Source: Glaucostegus cemiculus (Eukaryota). From it: a stretch of 64,000 nt of DNA. Every line of letters begins with the position of its first letter. The stretch's first letter is position 1. The stretch is taken from positions 11,036,001 through 11,100,000 of the forward strand of contig CDPCPM010000015.1 of the NCBI GenBank assembly GCA_976551045.1. Reading direction: 5' to 3'. The notes beneath the pieces are model-generated. The model did no database searches. It was not told the origin of the DNA and saw only the letters and a program-made list of their open reading frames with translations. Shown one piece after another: positions 1-12,589 of this stretch. The position numbers and the translations under genes are program-made.

Positions 1-124
1 TTGGCTCAACACAAAGAACTGCTGCAGCATTAGCAAGGAGAGCTAAACTCTGCCTGGATTCTAGCACAGAAGAGAATTTCCTGAAACACCGGACAATTGT
101 GCTCAACAAAGTGGGCTTACAAAT

Positions 125-225
125 TGAAGCAAAAAGCAAACCACTGGAGGAACTCAGAGGGTCAAGAGCATCTGTGGACGAAATGGGTAGTCAAAGTTCC
201 AGGTCGAGACACTGCATCAGTCCTA
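125..225 (-). mobile_element. Penelope-like element terminal-repeat fragment with degraded hammerhead motif
   Basis: Family signature ctggaggaactcag..ggtca..gcatctgtgga; reverse complement of ~190-222 reads gactgatgcagtgtctcgacctggaac. Confidence 0.6.
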
Positions 226-344
226 ACTACAGCATATGCAGTCTCTTGTGGCTCCACTCCGTGTTTGCAAAGTGCTTGAAGCTTCAGGATATCCCCAAGT
301 GTTTTTCAGTCAGTAACGCTCTACTTTGTCAGGTGTTTCAGATT

Positions 345-846
345 TGGTATGTCACCAAAGATTCTTACAAATTTCTACAGATGTACAGTGGAGAACATTC
401 TAACTGGTTGCATCACAGCCTGGTACGGAGGCTCCAATGCACAGGATCGCAAAAGGCTGCAGAGGGTTGTAGACTCAGCCAGCTCCATCACGGACACAGC
501 CCTCCCCGCCATCGAGAACATCTTTAAAAGGCGGTGCCTCAAGAAGGCGGCATCCATCATTAAGGACCCTCACCATCCGGGACACGCCCTTTTCTCGTTA
601 CTACCATCGGGGAGGAGGTACAGGAGCCCGAAGACCCACACTCAGTGTTTCAGGAACAGTTTCGTCCCTCCACCATCAGATTTCTGAACAGTCCATGAAC
701 CCCTGAACACTACCTCATTATCCCTTTTTGCACTATTTATTTATTTTTGTAACTTATAGTAATTTTGTCATTGCACTTACCGCCGCTACAAAACAACAAA
801 CTTCACATCATTTATCCCAATGAGAATCAATCTGATTCTGACTCTG
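345..846 (+). mobile_element. Rex1/Babar-type LINE 3' fragment (GATTCT-tail family)
   Basis: ORF 349-687 LTNFYRCTVENILTGCITAWYG...DPHHPGHALFSLLPSGRRYRS is the typical Rex1 ORF C-terminus; 3'UTR ends ctgattctgactctg. Confidence 0.9.
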
Positions 847-859
847 GAAAAAATAGTCA

Positions 860-1135
860 GAATGGTCACTGTTGTAATGAGGTAACACAGTGGGCATGTT
901 TTACAAAGAAAGATCCCTAAACAACATGATCTGTTTCAGTTGGCAATCACATGGGGAATCGGGGTCCCCAGTTGGGGACTGGCAATAGTTATTTCTACCC
1001 ATTAGAGCACGAGGTCCCAGTTTAACATTTCATTCAAAGAACAGCACCTCCAACAGTGTGGCAGCCCCTCAGTGCTGCACCAGAGTGTGCCTCTGGGATT
1101 CAGGACTCAGAGGCAGGAGAGTTACCAGTGAAGAC
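860..1135 (-). mobile_element. DeuSINE (SacSINE1-like), degraded
   Basis: Reverse strand carries ctgagtc..., gcagcactgaggg..tgccacactgttggaggtgc, gttaaac and ttacaacagtgac blocks resembling the Deu-domain SINE consensus. Confidence 0.6.
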
Positions 1136-1469
1136 ACAGCTGATACTAACAGTTCAGCTCTGTGCTTTTAGTAAACACCTTCATCAGAACTCTCAGATCA
1201 AGCACGGTGTTAAATGAGCTGTTGCTTTCTGCTCTTCTGTTTTTCTTTCCAATTTCCAACATTTACCTTGTTGTTTTCTACAGATTTTATTAAATTTGAA
1301 CAAGGTGTGAACACTTCCATGGACAGATGAACCCGCTCTCTCAGCACTATCCCACCCAGGAGTTACTCATTAACTTATTCTACCTATTCGCTAACATCCT
1401 GGGGGTTCATTTCACCTCGGGGAATTGTGGAACAACTCGGCATACATCAAATTCACCTTGTACAACCAG

Positions 1470-1970
1470 GAGAGTTATGTACAGTTTTGGTCACCCTGTT
1501 ATAGGAAAGATGTTATTAAATGAGAAAGAGTGGGGAAAAGATTTACCAGGACGTTGCCTGGACTTGGGGGCCTGAGTTACAAGGCAAGGTTGTGTAGACT
1601 AGGATTTCATTCCCTGGAACGTAGGAGATTGAGGGGTGACCTGATAGAGGTGTATAAGATCATGAGGGGCATAGACAGGGTGCTAAAAACAAGAGGGCAT
1701 AGGTTTAAGATCAGAGCTGAGAGATTTAGAAGGGACATCAGGGGCAGCTCCTTCACGCAAAGGGTGGTGCATATCTGGAATGAGCTGCCAGAAATAGTGG
1801 TTGAGGCAGGCACATTAGCAACATTTAAAAGCCATCTGGATGATGCATGGATAGGAGAGGTTTAGAAGGCTATGGGCCAAATGCAGGCAGATGGGACCAG
1901 CTCACTGGGCAACACAGTTGGCATGGACAAATTGAGCCGAAGGGCCTGTTGCCATGCTGTATGGCTCTAA
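1470..1970 (+). mobile_element. CR1 (HER1-like) LINE 3' fragment
   Basis: ORF 1530-1865 RFTRTLPGL..LSY..RL..LG..SLERRRLRGDLIEVYKIMRG..F..RVV..WNELP; tail gccgaagggcctgt. Confidence 0.9.
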
Positions 1971-2069
1971 TCGGCAACTGATCTGATACTGCTTGTAGGC
2001 AAAGTTACTGCCTTGGAATTTCCAATAAAGCTTACAAAAGTTTCCCTCATATATGAACTGTGTTTAGAG

Positions 2070-2230
2070 TCATAGAGTAATACAGAATGGAAACAGGCTC
2101 TACAACCCACCTCGTCCATGCCAACCAAGATTCCCATTTCAGCTAGTTTGTTCCATTTCCCTCTAAACCTTTCCTATCCATGTACCTGTCCAAATATCTT
2201 CTAAATGTTGTTATTGTACGTTGCCTCGAC
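2070..2230 (-). mobile_element. CR1 3' tail fragment
   Basis: catagagtaatacagaatggaaacaggc...aaacctttcctatccatgtacctgtcc, same tail as other copies. Confidence 0.8.
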
Positions 2231-3149
2231 CACAAGTTTCCCTTCATGTCACACCCCATCCTAATTTAGAAGTGATCACCGCTGGTGGAATCAAACTCCA
2301 AGAAGTCGCTGCCTAGCACTGCAGTAGGAAAACCTCTCCACACACAGGAAGCTGACCACCACACTCTCCAGGGAAATTATCCATGGGGAATAAATCCTCG
2401 GCATGCTTCTGCCAACCAGTACAACGTGCAGGTGAACCCCACATTACAGAGGGTGTTGCATTCCTAGAAAAAAGACTGTATCGCAATTTTCTGCGAAGCA
2501 AAGGAGTGTTATCTGTGTAAGCATCAAGAAACCTAGGGTTTCAAAAATGTAAATTTTGTGTCTATTACTCTTTTTTCCCATAAATTTCTTGAGAGCAAAT
2601 TTTACTTCGTATCTCAAATTTTTGGTTAGCGATCTGTGAATTCTGTAAGGGCAAATGTCCATAACACAAACGGCAGTAACACAGGGTCACCTGTATTAAA
2701 TCTTAATTTACAGTGCCCTCTATGTTCTTGTCTCTCCCATTTGTTTCTTGTAATTTTTCAGATGATGGGTGATTAACATGTTCCTTCTATTATTTTAATT
2801 CCTTTCACTGCATCAGGGCGATGATCTATTGATTGAGCAGTTTTCCAGCAATTGACCCCCTAGTTTGGGATTAGGTTATTCACTGGTCCTTGCCCCAGTG
2901 AAACACAAGGACAGGAGAACAGCTGAAAGTAGTTGCAGTAAATTCATTCTTCAGCTGGAAGTTTTTAACCATTGCACAGGATGTCACTGTGACACAGGGA
3001 CATCGGCAATCATTCTGGGGCCCAGTGTTTGGCTCTTATTTCCACTTGTGGCTTTCCTTCTTCACCCCTCTGTGGTGCACGAGTTAGCCCAGACACAGCA
3101 GTGAGCTGACAACCACTGGTGGACTCCTGGTGAAGCCTCTGTGCATTCT

Positions 3150-3345
3150 TCAACTCAATTCTGAGTCAGAAGGGTGAGTGTTTAGGTTCCACACTGGGGA
3201 CTTGAGCCAAAGTTCTGGTCTGACACTACGACGTGGTGCTGAGGGAGAGCTGTGCTGTCAGTGGTGCCGACTTTCACCGGAGATGTTCACCTGACACCTG
3301 GCTGCTTTCCGTGTTGGATACAGAAGATCCCATTTCAAGGAAAGT
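3150..3345 (+). mobile_element. DeuSINE (SacSINE1-like) 5' half
   Basis: ctgagtcagaagg..gacttgagc..ctgacact..ctgagggagagctgtgctgtc..ggtgccg..agatgtt..aagatccca. Confidence 0.7.
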
Positions 3346-3422
3346 TCTGCCAATTGGATAATTGGCTTCTGTAAATTATCCCTAGTGTGGGTAAGTGGCA
3401 AAGGTATCAAAGGGGAGTTGAT

Positions 3423-3682
3423 AAGATGAGATAAGATATCTTTATTAGTCACATGTACACTGAAACACACAGTGAAATGCATCTTTTGCGTAGAGTGTTC
3501 AGGGGGCAGCCCGCAAGTGCCACCACACTTCCAGTGCCAACATAGCATGCCTACAACTTCCTAACCCGTATGTCTTTGGAATGTGGGAGGAAACTGGAGC
3601 ACCCAGAGGAAACCCATGCAGACACAGGGAGAATGTACAAACTCCTTACAGACAGTGGCCGGAATTGAACCTGGGTCGCTGG
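3423..3682 (-). mobile_element. V-SINE (Rex-like tail subfamily) nested in the 3' half of an HE1-like SINE (3350-3790, +)
   Basis: V-domain gctgtctgtaaggagtttgtacattctccctgtgtctgcatgggtttcctctgggtgctcc-like block and B-box ggttcaattcc on the minus strand; near-identical to 20225-20515. Confidence 0.85.
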
Positions 3683-4619
3683 CATGTCAGAGAGAATAAG
3701 TTACAAGGCTATAGGGAAGGGGAATGACACTGATGGGGTTCTGCTGGGGCTGGCATGGACCTGATGGGCTGAACAACCTCCTTCCCTATTGCCAGAAGTA
3801 AGTAAGACCCGATGAGTTAGCTCGGGGTCCACGTCCAAGGGACTTCATTGGAGCATCATCAGTCAAAAAAAGCTGACACAAACCCGTTCATGAGGTGTGG
3901 TAGATCAGACAGCCAATGGCTTGGTCAAGGGGATAGGCTTTAGAGGGAAGAGAAGTGAGAAGCTGAGGAGCCGTGGAGGTGAATTCCCAAGGCTGGCGAC
4001 ATGGCAGTGGATGTGTGGCTGCAGGGGAAGGAGACACTAACCTGGGTGTGGACGAACTGGGGAAGTACAGGTCGTTCTGAGGGCTGGAGGAGATACAGAG
4101 CTGGGAAGGGCAACTGGAAAATAAGGATGGGAATTTTAGAATGGAACATGGCCCAAGTGGGAGCCAGTGAGGTCAATGTAGACAGGGGTACTGGGTGGGT
4201 GGGACGAGGCAAGTCAGAGTATGGGCAGAGAAGTTTTGGGTTGCCTCAAGTTTATGGAGACTAGAACAGGTCAGGCATTTTTGGGATTGTCACTTCGACA
4301 GTTCCTTGATCAGCAGTCCCTCGGATCAAGGGTGGCTCACTTCCACCGCTGGTCTCTGGGCTTTGTGGTGTCCTGAGAGACCAATGTGAGACCCGCAGAC
4401 TCTGTCACCCACCAGTCAGGAGCTACCTTACAGGTCAGGCTGGTGGGTAGTCTGTAGGGTGGTGCACTCCCTCCGCCATGTACACCAGGCTTCTGGGTGT
4501 TCGCAACTCTTGGATACAGGGTTCTCAGTGTCATCCCTAATGTTCCTTCTCCACTTTGAGTAGGAGTCAGTGGGGATGTTCCTATTTTTTCAAGCACATC
4601 TGTGAATCCTTTCCTCCAT

Positions 4620-5190
4620 CTAGAACATAGAACATTGATACCTACAGCACAACTCAGGCCCTTTGGCCCTCATAGCTGTGCCGAACATGTCCCACACTAT
4701 TAGGCTTACCCATAGCCTTCTATCTTATTTACCTCCATGTACCTATCCAACAGTCTCTTGAAAGACCCTATCGTAGCTGCCTCCACCACCATTTCCAGCA
4801 GCCCATTCCACACACTCACCACTCTCTGAGTGAAAAGCTTACCCCTAACATCTCCCCTATATCTTCCCCCCAGCACTTTAAACCTATGTCCTCTTGTGGC
4901 CACCATTTCAGCCCTGGGGAAAAGCCTCTGACTATCAACCCTATCAATACCCCTCATCATCTTATACACCTCAATCAGGTCCTCCCTCATCCTCCTCCTC
5001 TCCAAGGAGAAAAGGCCGAGTTCCCGCAACTTGCTCTCATAAGGCATGCTCCTCATTCCAGGCAGCATCCTCGTAAACCTCCTCTGCACCCTCTCTATTG
5101 CTTCCATGTCCTTCCTGTAGTGAGGCGACCAAAGCTGAACACAATACTCCAGGTGGGATCTGACCAGGGACCTATACAACTGAAGCAATA
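4620..5190 (-). mobile_element. CR1 LINE 3' fragment, relatively young
   Basis: ORF 4706-5260 LYRSLVRSHLEYCVQLWSPH..IERVQRRFTRMLPG..FTQRVV..WN with intact frame; (CATAGAA)n tail at 4620-4635. Confidence 0.95.
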
Positions 5191-5244
5191 CCTCCCTTTG
5201 CAATTTCTTCCTGTGACAAAGCTTGGAGTTCTGCTCACCATTAC

Positions 5245-5740
5245 GTACAACTGTGGTCACCCTGCTGTAGGAAGGACATCATTAAACTGGAGAGGGTGCA
5301 GAAGAGATTTACAAGGATGTTACCAGGATTGGAGGATTTGAGTTATAAGGAGAGGCTGGATAGGCTGGGACTTTTCTCCCTGGAACATAGGAGGCTGGCA
5401 GGTGACCGTATGGAAGGTTAAGGTGGGGCATAGATAAAGCGAATAGCTTTATCCCCAGGGTAGAGAAGTCCAAAACTAGAGGGCACAGGTTTAAGGTGAG
5501 GGGGGAAAGATTTAAAGGGGACCTGAGGGACAACTTTTTCACACAGAGCGTGGTGGGTGTATGGAACGAGCTGCCAGAGGGAGTGGTAGATGTGGGTACG
5601 ATAACACAGGTACATGGATGGGAAAGGTTTAGAGGGATATGGGCCAATTGCAGGCAATTGGACTAGCTCAGTTAGGCAACTTGGTCAGCATGGATGATTT
5701 GGGCTGAAGGGCCTGTTTGCGTGCTGTATAACTGTGACTC
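5245..5740 (+). mobile_element. CR1 LINE 3' fragment
   Basis: gagagggtgcagaagagatttacaagg...tggaacgagctgccagagg...gggctgaagggcctgt. Confidence 0.9.
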
Positions 5741-6659
5741 AATGGAGCATCTGTTTCAGGAGTCTGGTGTCAGCCTGTGAATGACATGGTCTGCTCATCG
5801 CTGCCAATGGAGTCAAATCAGAGCCTCAGTGTGAGGGGCGTGGGTCTGGAGGGGGTGCTGATTCACGTATCCCACCAGCAGATTTGGAGGAGTTTGCAGA
5901 GGCAGCATTGGCATCTCTCCCACAGTGTGTGGTTCCTGCTGTAATTGGCCCACAGCACAGAAGCAAACAAGAGGGCAGGGATTACCACTGCCCAGCAAAC
6001 ACCGCGTGTGTTGGGTAGAGGTCTTGACTTTCACTCTGTTCCTCACACACCAAAGGCTGTGCTGATACACCGAAGGAGATGGTGAGCTTGATCATCAGTG
6101 TCTGCCTTCACTGAGAGGTGGCTCCTGAGGTATGGGCAGTGCTCCACACTTTCTGGGGCTGTTGACAATGTGCAGGATGGTGCAGCGGGGTCAGGTAGGT
6201 TGAGGACTTTAGTTTTGTGAAGGTGAAGTGCAAGGCCCATCTTTATGTGTGTTTCATTGTATGAGTCAGCAATGACTTGGAGATCAGCTTCCAAACTAAT
6301 GCATGCATTGGCATGTCCTGCACATTGTAGATTAACCACAAAAGATGGGCTGACCTTGGTTCAGGTGACAGATTGAACAGATTCCAATTCATCCTGTGGT
6401 TTGGTTTCACTTCTGTAGAAAACTTGTTCAAGGTGAGATGTGGCAAGAAAGATTGAGGGAGTGTCAGGACAATGCCTTACTTAAGCCTTACTTAACACGG
6501 GTCTGCACTGAAATTGGATCCATTGTGGAGCTATTGGTTGGGATCATAACTTTCATGCAGCCATGAAACAAGTGTACAATGGCTGTACAACCCATTTTAA
6601 GGAGGAGTCCACCATCCCTCAGGAGGTGATAAAGATGTTAAAGGCGATAAAGGTGACAG

Positions 6660-7200
6660 AGACCTGTTGGGTCTGGTCAGGGAAGCAGTCTCAGTGATGA
6701 TGTGTTCTTAAGTGTCAACATAGTCAAATGTGAGACCAAACAGTCTGATTAGGATCAGCGCACAGCACTCAGATCACCAGGGAGGAGAATGGAGTCATTG
6801 GCAAGGGAATGGAGTTTGTGACAAAGAGCATAAGAATTCACTCTTCCCAATATCTAATCAGGTATAGTTTCTGCTCATCCATTCCTGGACGTCAACGTCT
6901 GAAAATCAAGAGAGAAGCATTGGTGTCAAGAGCTGGGATGGTGGGTGTCCACAGTGTGGAACAGGGAACTGGTGCCCTGTGCTCAGAGGATGTTTCCGGG
7001 ACAGTGTAAGATGAGTATTGGAGAGAGCCTGGATCATTGGAGAACATGAGGTCCAAGCTGGGTGTAAGGAGGGAAGATGGTGATTCACTGGCCACCAGTG
7101 AACAGATCAGAATGTAACCGGGTGAGTTCTGTCAGGGTCACCATGGAGAAATGTTAGAGGAAATGGTGTGGTCATCCACTCAACAGCTGCAGAGAGGCCT
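6660..7200 (-). mobile_element. Old L2-like LINE fragment
   Basis: Degraded L2-like blocks (gtgtggtca..caacagctgcagagagg); recognised by pattern only. Confidence 0.35.
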
Positions 7201-7888
7201 GAGATATCTTCTTCTTACTGCCTCTTCAATCAACAACTTCTCCCACACTTGTGTTGAGCTACAGCCATTTAGTTTACAATTGGCACCAGTGATATAACGC
7301 AGGACTAAGTAAAGCTCCTTTGAATGGCTTCATGTATAATCACTGAGTGCACTTTAGCACCCATAACCCAGAGCAAACTTCAAACCCCAGCTATGTGCAA
7401 GTTCTTGCCCCCAGTAGTGAAAGAGTTAGTAAGTGTCAGTAACCAGTATCAGACATGAAGTGATTACCCAGTCATTCGTTGGATTATTAATTGCAACCCA
7501 TGAAAGTAAAAGCCCTATCCACACCACACTGAAAGATCATCACCAGACCCTCTACTGTCACCAACGTCTGACTCCAGAGCTAGTTCAGGTCTTGATCCTT
7601 TCATTCTGATGCCATCAAATGATCCCCCTGTTCTCATGAGGGATTGTCGATTCTTATTAATATTAAATTTCTTCTATTCAACATCCCAGTTACAGCCAGA
7701 GTCCATGGTTTTATGGACATCTTGTGTGCCTGTACTGGTGGTGAAGTGAATTGCTGGTGTGTGCAATGCTTTTATACATCCTGCATTGAAGGTGAGAGGA
7801 AACTCAAATTGTAAAATGTCATCCAGTTGAGGGGGTTCACTGCACTGTATCTGACCTGATGCAAATGAATGTCTACAAGTGAGCAGCA

Positions 7889-7996
7889 TGTGAGACTGCA
7901 CGTCTGTGAGACTGCACGTCTGTGAGACTGCACGTCTGTGAGAATGCACGTCTGTGAGACTGCACATCTGTGAGAATGCACGTCTGTGAGAATGCA
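7889..7996. repeat. 16-bp minisatellite (TGTGAGACTGCACGTC), about 6.7 copies
   Basis: Direct tandem units visible; variants gaATgcac and gcacAtc. Confidence 0.97.
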
Positions 7997-9504
7997 AGAT
8001 CAGAATAGGTCCCAATAGCTGGAGACAAGCCAGCACTCTTGGTCGATATATTAGGATAAACCCAATGGATTGGATCTCCCATCCTGCATGTTCACCCTTA
8101 GTAATATTAGGCAGCTCCATTTCCACAATCTACAGTGCTCCATTCTGGCTCTCTGCCGCATGCTTCTTTTCTCCTCCCTATTGCTTGCATGGCCGAGTTC
8201 AACTTGACCCAGTCCGATCACAAGGGATCTCCTGGGACAGCCTCAGACCTGTGCCACACTTGACATTAATTGCACCAAGGACACGCTGACATCCTAAAGC
8301 AAGCAGAGAATCTGCAGTGCCCCAGATGGGAATAGTGGAATTAAAGAGAGCTGAGTACTGTCCGTAAAGAACCTCATGAATCTGTGTACAGTTTGGGACT
8401 AGTTTCACTAGTAAGATAATCTTGTGATGTGGGCAAGAGCAGTGTCTGCACTGGATGGTGCAAGGAGTCAATGCCTTCAGTAAGGATTAAGAGTGTCCTT
8501 TCTTCTTTCAAATATTTCTGGGGAATCATTCCTCCGGGTATAAATATAAATAGTTTGTGTTCTCTAGGGCGGATCCTACAATCCAATAGAACAGATCACA
8601 TTGCCACAATCCCGCTGAAATAAGCCTCCCACTAGAACTACCAACAAACATGCACAACAACAAATAAAGCACTTACTTGCTAACCTTATTACTTACTGCC
8701 CACAACTTGTGGGAGCCTAATTATTACTTTGCGCAACTAGCCCACAGTTTTGTTTAAAGATTTAGCTTAAATCATTAAAAGAAATAATATCTTTTAATGT
8801 AATGTGTGTTTTTCATTTCTCTTTGTTATAACTTCCTTACATAAATCCTTCCAACTGAGCTGCTTGGATGGCCATGCCACATGACCGTTGCTGGAGATGA
8901 TGATTTTGCTTTTAATAACAGTATTCCTCTTTCTTTACTGTGACCCTCCCTTTTTTTGGAAGCCACAAACATTTTTCTATATTAGCTCATTGTTAGTATA
9001 CATGTAAAGAATTTGTTTTAATGTGGTCAATTTTCCCCCCCACCCAAATGTATTCTGCAAAGCAATTTGAAACAGAAAGTGTTTTTTACTCCTGTTATTA
9101 GAGGACACCTGAATAAAACCATCAGCTTCTTCCCCTTTTATGACAGTGGCTGGGTGGTTAGGCAGGAATGACATCAAGTCTCCTCTAGAATAAACCAGTT
9201 GATCTATTGAAAGTAAAACAGCCACACATGAAACCACATGCTGTATGAAAATTGGATTAACTTACAATATATTAATTGTTTTCCTTCCTCCCATTTTACA
9301 AGATTACTGTCATCATATAAGTGATTGTTTTCTCACTTGAGTTAAACTGACATGTTACTGCAGCTCTAACAAGCCAGTTAAAGGCACCACCTCCTTACCA
9401 AGAATTCATTTCCCATTTTTACAATGAAAAATTAGATGTTTTATTGGCAACTGGTTCTGGGGAATCAGTATTTTGATTCAAAGTAATAGTGAGAATCCTG
9501 CATG

Positions 9505-9650
9505 GAGACACCAGAGGCTGCAGATGCTGGAGACCTGGAGCAACACACAAAGGAGCTGGAGGAACTCAGTGGGTCAGGCAGCATCTGTGGAGGGAAATGG
9601 ACAGTTGACGCTTCGGGGCCTGCTGAGTTCCTCCAGCTCCTTCGTGTGTC
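9505..9650. mobile_element. Penelope-like repeat, inverted pair
   Basis: 27-bp arms 9543-9569 and 9623-9649 with one mismatch. Confidence 0.75.
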
Positions 9651-10244
9651 AGAGTTCTGTCTGACTTGTTTACTCCCCCCATAACAGATGAATCCTTACA
9701 GAACGAGTTTTCAAATCTCCTCCGTAGCCCACATTAGAAAACAAAGTGACCGCCGGTATCAAGAAACAGAAGTCATCCATACATCAGTACATAGGCAATC
9801 CCTCTGCGTTACACGGAAAACCATCCCTATCGCGATTTTCCATAATGTGAAGCCACACCATCTGGGCCTGCGCCAACAAACGCAGGCTGGAAATAAAATA
9901 GAATTTGACACACAAATTCTGTGAGAACAAATTTTATTCCAGATTTCAGATTTTTGTGTAGTGATTCGTGAATTCCATAAGGGTGAATTTCCGTTACCCG
10001 AATGTCTGTAACGTAGGGATCGCCTGTACTGCAATTTGCAGTGGCCTCTTACACAACAACGTGCATATCAAAGTTGCCTAAAAACTAGTTTCAGCCATTT
10101 AATTATCCAGTGAGACTGCACTGTACTGATGGACTGTTGGCTTGCATTTCATTGAATTAATGCAGTTGAATAAAACTGGTAATTGTGAAGTTAAAAATCC
10201 TTCTTCTTGAGGCACTTTGTGTAAAACTCTCTGAATCCGTATTA

Positions 10245-10385
10245 CGCCATAAGACCATAAAATATAGGAGCAGAATTAGGCCATTTGGCCCATCGAGTCT
10301 GTTCTGTCATTCAATCCTGGCCGATTATTTTAACCCCATTCTCCTGCCTTCTCCCCAAATCCCTTAACCCCGCTTACCAATCAGA
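10245..10385 (-). mobile_element. CR1 3' tail
   Basis: cataagaccataa..ataggagcagaattaggccatttggcccatcgagtctg. Confidence 0.75.
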
Positions 10386-11044
10386 CATAATATTCCTTAT
10401 TAAGATGCCATAGCATTTGGAAAGCACATTGTACTCCTTACTAAGAAAAAGCAGCTATTATTTATCGAACTGAATCTTCTAACCCATTGTCCACCAGTTA
10501 CTGTCATTACTGTCGGGACTTCAGAAGGTGGCTGGGTTGGCAGGTGCCAAGCTAGCCAGATTGACTGCCCACTCGCTGAGAATGTCCCAGTTTTTGTGCC
10601 AGTCCCTGCATCTGGTGACCCTGCTCCCCCGAGAATTTGGACTGCAGAGCGCTGTGCGACCTCTGGCTGAGTGAGATCTAGGCCAGTGCCAGGATCAGTC
10701 TGGGACTGTGCGGGGGGGGGGGGGGGGGGGGGGGGGCATGGAGAAGTGACCTGTAAGGGGTGTGTGCCCATGTAACTGTTTGCCCAAAGTGCCAACCAAG
10801 TGTTTCAGACAAACAATTACATGAAGATAGATTTAATATTGATTTCACACTCACAATTCCTCCCAAATGTTCGACATGGAAACTCCAGTGTCATTACTCG
10901 GCTGTGCCCTTTCCTTGTGCTGGTGGTGTGGGTATACAACCATCATGCCCCAAAAAAGATGTGGGTCTAAGAGTCACCAAGGGCTTCCATATCATGAGAT
11001 GAAAGAAGTGACATAATCAGGAAGCACTGCCTCCACACCACTGG

Positions 11045-11280
11045 TCCTTTTCATATCTTTCCCCTCTCACCTCAAACCTGCGCCCTCTAGTTTTAGATTC
11101 CCCTACGTGGGAAAAAGAGTGTGACCATTTTCCTTATCAACATCCCTCATGATTTCATAACCCTCTTTGAGGTCACCCCTCAGCCTCCTTCAATCCAGGG
11201 AAAACAGTTCCAGCCTGTCCAGTCTCTTCTTGTAACTCAAACCCTCCAGTCCTGACAACATCCTTGTGAATCTTCCCTCT
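11045..11280 (-). mobile_element. CR1 fragment
   Basis: ggtcacccctcagcctcct..ccagggaaaacag..ccctccagtcctgacaacatccttgtgaatc. Confidence 0.85.
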
Positions 11281-12589
11281 CTAACCTAAAGACATCCTTT
11301 GCTGGAAATGTGGGGTAGATATTTGTGTGCCTGGGAGTTGATTTTGGACACGATGGTCTGGAGGGAGCCCAGAGCTTGAGAGTTGCTCATGTGAGATTGG
11401 ACGGTTAGAATTTCTCCATTGTAGCTGCAGCAAACTCCAAACTTCCATCATGGGAAGTGGTCTAGAGGTGGGAAAATTGTGTTGACTAGTCATGTGAATA
11501 ACAAGGGCTTTAAGGAGGAAATATCTTAATGGACTTGGCAAGGACTTTATATTATCAATGAATGAACTCAATTTAATTTGGAAAAGAATGGAGAATCATC
11601 CTTGGATCAAAATTTCTGTAAATGTTAAGAAAATGTCATCTCTCTCTGTGTCATCAATGTATTACCTTTAATCATGGACTCAAAGATTCATAGATTTGTA
11701 CAGCACAGAAAATGGGCTCTTCAGTTGACCACGCCATTTGTACTTCAGTCAACTTGTATGATATTTAACGATGGACAGATAAACAATTGGACTGTGTTAG
11801 GAAGGTGAAAATCCACCTTGGTTCCAGAGTAGAGAACATCATCTTTGATATTTGGGGATGAAGGAGGCCATTTGGGGTCCTGAAGGGCCTCTCCCACACC
11901 TTTCCTCTCCTGATGATTCAGTGCAACATTCAGTTGGTTTAAATTATTCCGAGATCTCTCCCTCCAACATTCTACCAAGTAGCCTATTCTATTCATTGAC
12001 TTTCTTTCAGGAAATCCAAACTTTGCCATTCACCGGTTCCCGAGATGACCACCTTGACACACTCCCTCAAGCGATGTGAGGTGTTTCTTGGACCTACCTT
12101 TTACCATATCATTGACCACCCCAGCCTGTTTCTGTAATACCAGTCATTGAGTTTCAGCTGTAACTATCTCATTTAGCTTCCTGCATACCTCCGTAATATC
12201 AAAGTTTGTTACCTCCTTTCAAGGACAATGAAAATAGATTCCTCTCATTTTCCTTCATAACTTCTCCCAGTAGAGATTGGCTAAGTGACTGTTCTGTGCA
12301 CCGTCTCTTACACCTATTCAGTCAGCCCACATGATGACTTCCACTCCACTGGTTTTGAGATCGAGCCCCTCCTTCTGGTCGTTTTGTAAGTTAATGCTTG
12401 TGGTTGGACATACTGAGCACAGTCTATCAGTCTAAAAAAACAAATGAGTGCACACAGTGGTCAATCTTTCCATCCACCATATCCAATTTTGATTTGTTTC
12501 ATGCAAAAATACTTCCACGTCTTAATGAATTCAGATCCAAATTCCAAGCATAAAGTAAACGTCCTATCTTTGTAATTTTGTTTCCTTTG

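Larger units (their letters stand above)
4290..6620 (-). mobile_element. RTE (BovB-like) LINE, degraded, interrupted by two CR1 copies at 4620-5740
   Basis: Minus-strand translation shows GLALHLHKTKVL..ESVEH..YLRSHLS..STAFG, plus frameshifted RWAGHV/RLLKQML-like motifs at ~5745-5800 and GxRKxFxD-like sequence at ~4580-4620. Confidence 0.65.

Noticed and set aside
10537-10550. NFI autoregulatory site TTGGCaggtGCCAA
   Set aside because: Spacer is 4 nt rather than the canonical 5, and a single site is expected by chance.
11800-11890. Penelope GIY-YIG C-terminal remnant (GMKEAI)
   Set aside because: Only a few residues resemble the GVKEAI motif; too weak without a profile search.
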